Translations under genes and position numbers: made by a program
The notes under the pieces: generated by a model
The model's database searches: none
What the model was told of the DNA's origin: nothing
What the model saw: the letters and a program-made list of their open reading frames with translations, nothing else
Shown here: piece by piece, positions 62,744 through 64,000 of the stretch
Position numbering within the stretch: the stretch's first letter is position 1
Layout: every line of letters begins with the position of its first letter
Assembly: GCA_018394315.1 (NCBI GenBank)
Contig: CP074575.1
Coordinates: 1,768,615-1,832,614, forward strand
Origin: Mycoplasmatota bacterium
Lineage (GTDB): Bacteria; Bacillota_I; Bacilli_A; MAG-NZ
Direction: 5' to 3'
DNA: 64,000 nucleotides

Positions 62744-62781
62744 AAATCCATTTTAAAAATGGATTTTTTTGATTTAATTTA

Positions 62782-63507
62782 TCATAATATGCTTGCTTCT
62801 TCAGTCTTAATAGAGTTTTTAATTAGTCTATTAAGTTCACTCATTTCACTCTTCGATAACGATCTCCATTTACCTATTTCTAAATCCAAACTAACATTCA
62901 TAATGCGTATTCTCTTTAGTTTTGTAACTTCATAATCAAAATGAGCACACATTCTTCTAATTTGTCTATTTAATCCCTGTGTTAGTACTATTTTAAATCT
63001 TTTAGAATCTAATTGCTCTATTATACATGGTTTTGTAATTGTATCTAAAATAGGTACTCCATGACGCATCTTATAAAGAAACTTATCTGTTATCTTTTTA
63101 TTAACAGTTACAATGTATTCTTTTTCATGTAAATTACCTGATCTTAATATCTTGTTAACAATATCTCCATCATTAGTTAAGAATATTAAACCCTCACTAT
63201 CCTTATCAAGTCTTCCAATATGAAAAATTCTTTCCTTATGATTAATAAAATCTACTATATTATTTTTTTTACTTCTATCGGTTGTACATACAATTCCTAC
63301 CGGCTTATTAAAGGCAATGAAAACATATTTACTGGTTTTCTTTACAATAGAACCATTTACTTTAATAATGTCACCTATAGATACTTTATATCCAATTACA
63401 GGAATAGTATCATTTACAGTTACCTTGCCAGCTTCTATGAGTCTATCAGCCTCTCTTCTTGAACAATATCCAACCTCTGATAGGTACTTATTTAATCTAG
63501 TTTGAAT
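62782..63507 (-). CDS. rluF: 23S rRNA pseudouridine synthase (RluF-like), 241 aa, ATT start
   Basis: Unbroken frame [18 protein letters not shown]...NKPVGIVCT...[10 protein letters not shown]...[16 protein letters not shown] 6 nt before ATT. Confidence 0.85.
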   Translation of the reverse strand: MQTRLNKYLSEVGYCSRREADRLIEAGKVTVNDTIPVIGYKVSIGDIIKVNGSIVKKTSKYVFIAFNKPVGIVCTTDRSKKNNIVDFINHKERIFHIGRLDKDSEGLIFLTNDGDIVNKILRSGNLHEKEYIVTVNKKITDKFLYKMRHGVPILDTITKPCIIEQLDSKRFKIVLTQGLNRQIRRMCAHFDYEVTKLKRIRIMNVSLDLEIGKWRSLSKSEMSELNRLIKNSIKTEEASIL

Positions 63508-63576
63508 AAGACCACCTCCAAAACAAAACCATAATCTACTTAATTATAATAATTATGGTTTATTTTTAAATCAAAA

Positions 63577-64000
63577 TTACTTTACTAGCTCACTTACTCT
63601 AAAACCATTTGTATAAACATTCATTTTTTTACTCCTTGCAAAGCCAATTAGTGTGATTCCATATTTTTCAGCAAGCCTTATTGCTAATGACGTAGGAGCA
63701 CTTCTCGAAATTAACACAGGAATTTTAGCAAGTAAACACTTTAGTACCATATCACTTGATAATCTACCACTTACAACTAATAGGCCATTTGTGTAAATAT
63801 TATTATTTAATAAATGCCCAATGATTTTATCTACAGCGTTGTGCCTTCCAATGTCTTCTTTAAAGATGATTTTATCACCAATTTTATAAATTGCAGAATG
63901 TACTCCACCTGTTGCTTTAAATAACTCGCTTTCCTGAGCTAAATATTTTGTTAACCAATAAACTACTTCCGGATGAACTTTTGAATCGTTTTCTAACATG
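63577..64000 (-). CDS. fdhD: Formate dehydrogenase accessory sulfurtransferase, 3' part (runs off window)
   Basis: TGGVHSA, EDIGRHNAVDK, SGRLS, SAPTSLA, LIGFAR. Confidence 0.92.
   Translation of the reverse strand, partial: MLENDSKVHPEVVYWLTKYLAQESELFKATGGVHSAIYKIGDKIIFKEDIGRHNAVDKIIGHLLNNNIYTNGLLVVSGRLSSDMVLKCLLAKIPVLISRSAPTSLAIRLAEKYGITLIGFARSKKMNVYTNGFRVSELVK

Noticed and set aside
2273..63505. Many short antisense or overlapping ORFs in the track (e.g. 2273-2497, 10534-10989, 15527-16042, 53577-53825, 63220-63505)
   Set aside because: They are shadows of well-supported genes, with no RBS or motif support
62782..63507. rluF as a frameshifted pseudogene
   Set aside because: Manual translation through the A8 run at 63263-63270 stays in frame; only the start codon is atypical

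Overview
Very AT-rich chromosomal window from a low-GC Bacillota/Bacilli-related bacterium read with the standard bacterial code (TGA is used as a stop). It keeps sporulation genes (ylbD, ylbE, yjcZ-like, gerE, kapD-like, sspA), and its short IF2 hints at a Haloplasmatales/Izemoplasmatales-like lineage (inference only). 1-29 kb is mostly core genes (rpsP start, murJ-like, def, rnj, murI, uvrC, rimP-nusA-infB-rbfA). It also holds a PAS-GGDEF-HD-GYP protein, an IS3 element and an NADH-linked [FeFe]-hydrogenase operon whose first gene is split by an ISL3. 29.85-51.4 kb is an accessory tract of co-oriented genes with no integrase. It is cut into four modules by four extra copies of the sspA 3' end plus terminator, three of which form a symmetric 50-bp site with serine-integrase attP-like geometry. 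Two of the modules share a non-coding scaffold (tRNA/tmRNA-like 3' fragments and two other repeats) but carry different cargo. One module is a copper-resistance island containing a CueP gene with an in-frame TGA at a Cys position followed by a SECIS-like hairpin (candidate selenoprotein). 51.4-64 kb is core again (sspA, thiI, msrC, rpsD, a second ISL3, degV, M32 peptidase, ltaE, a double cyclophilin, an ATT-start rluF and a partial fdhD). All calls come from manual reading and motif recognition; no database searches were run.
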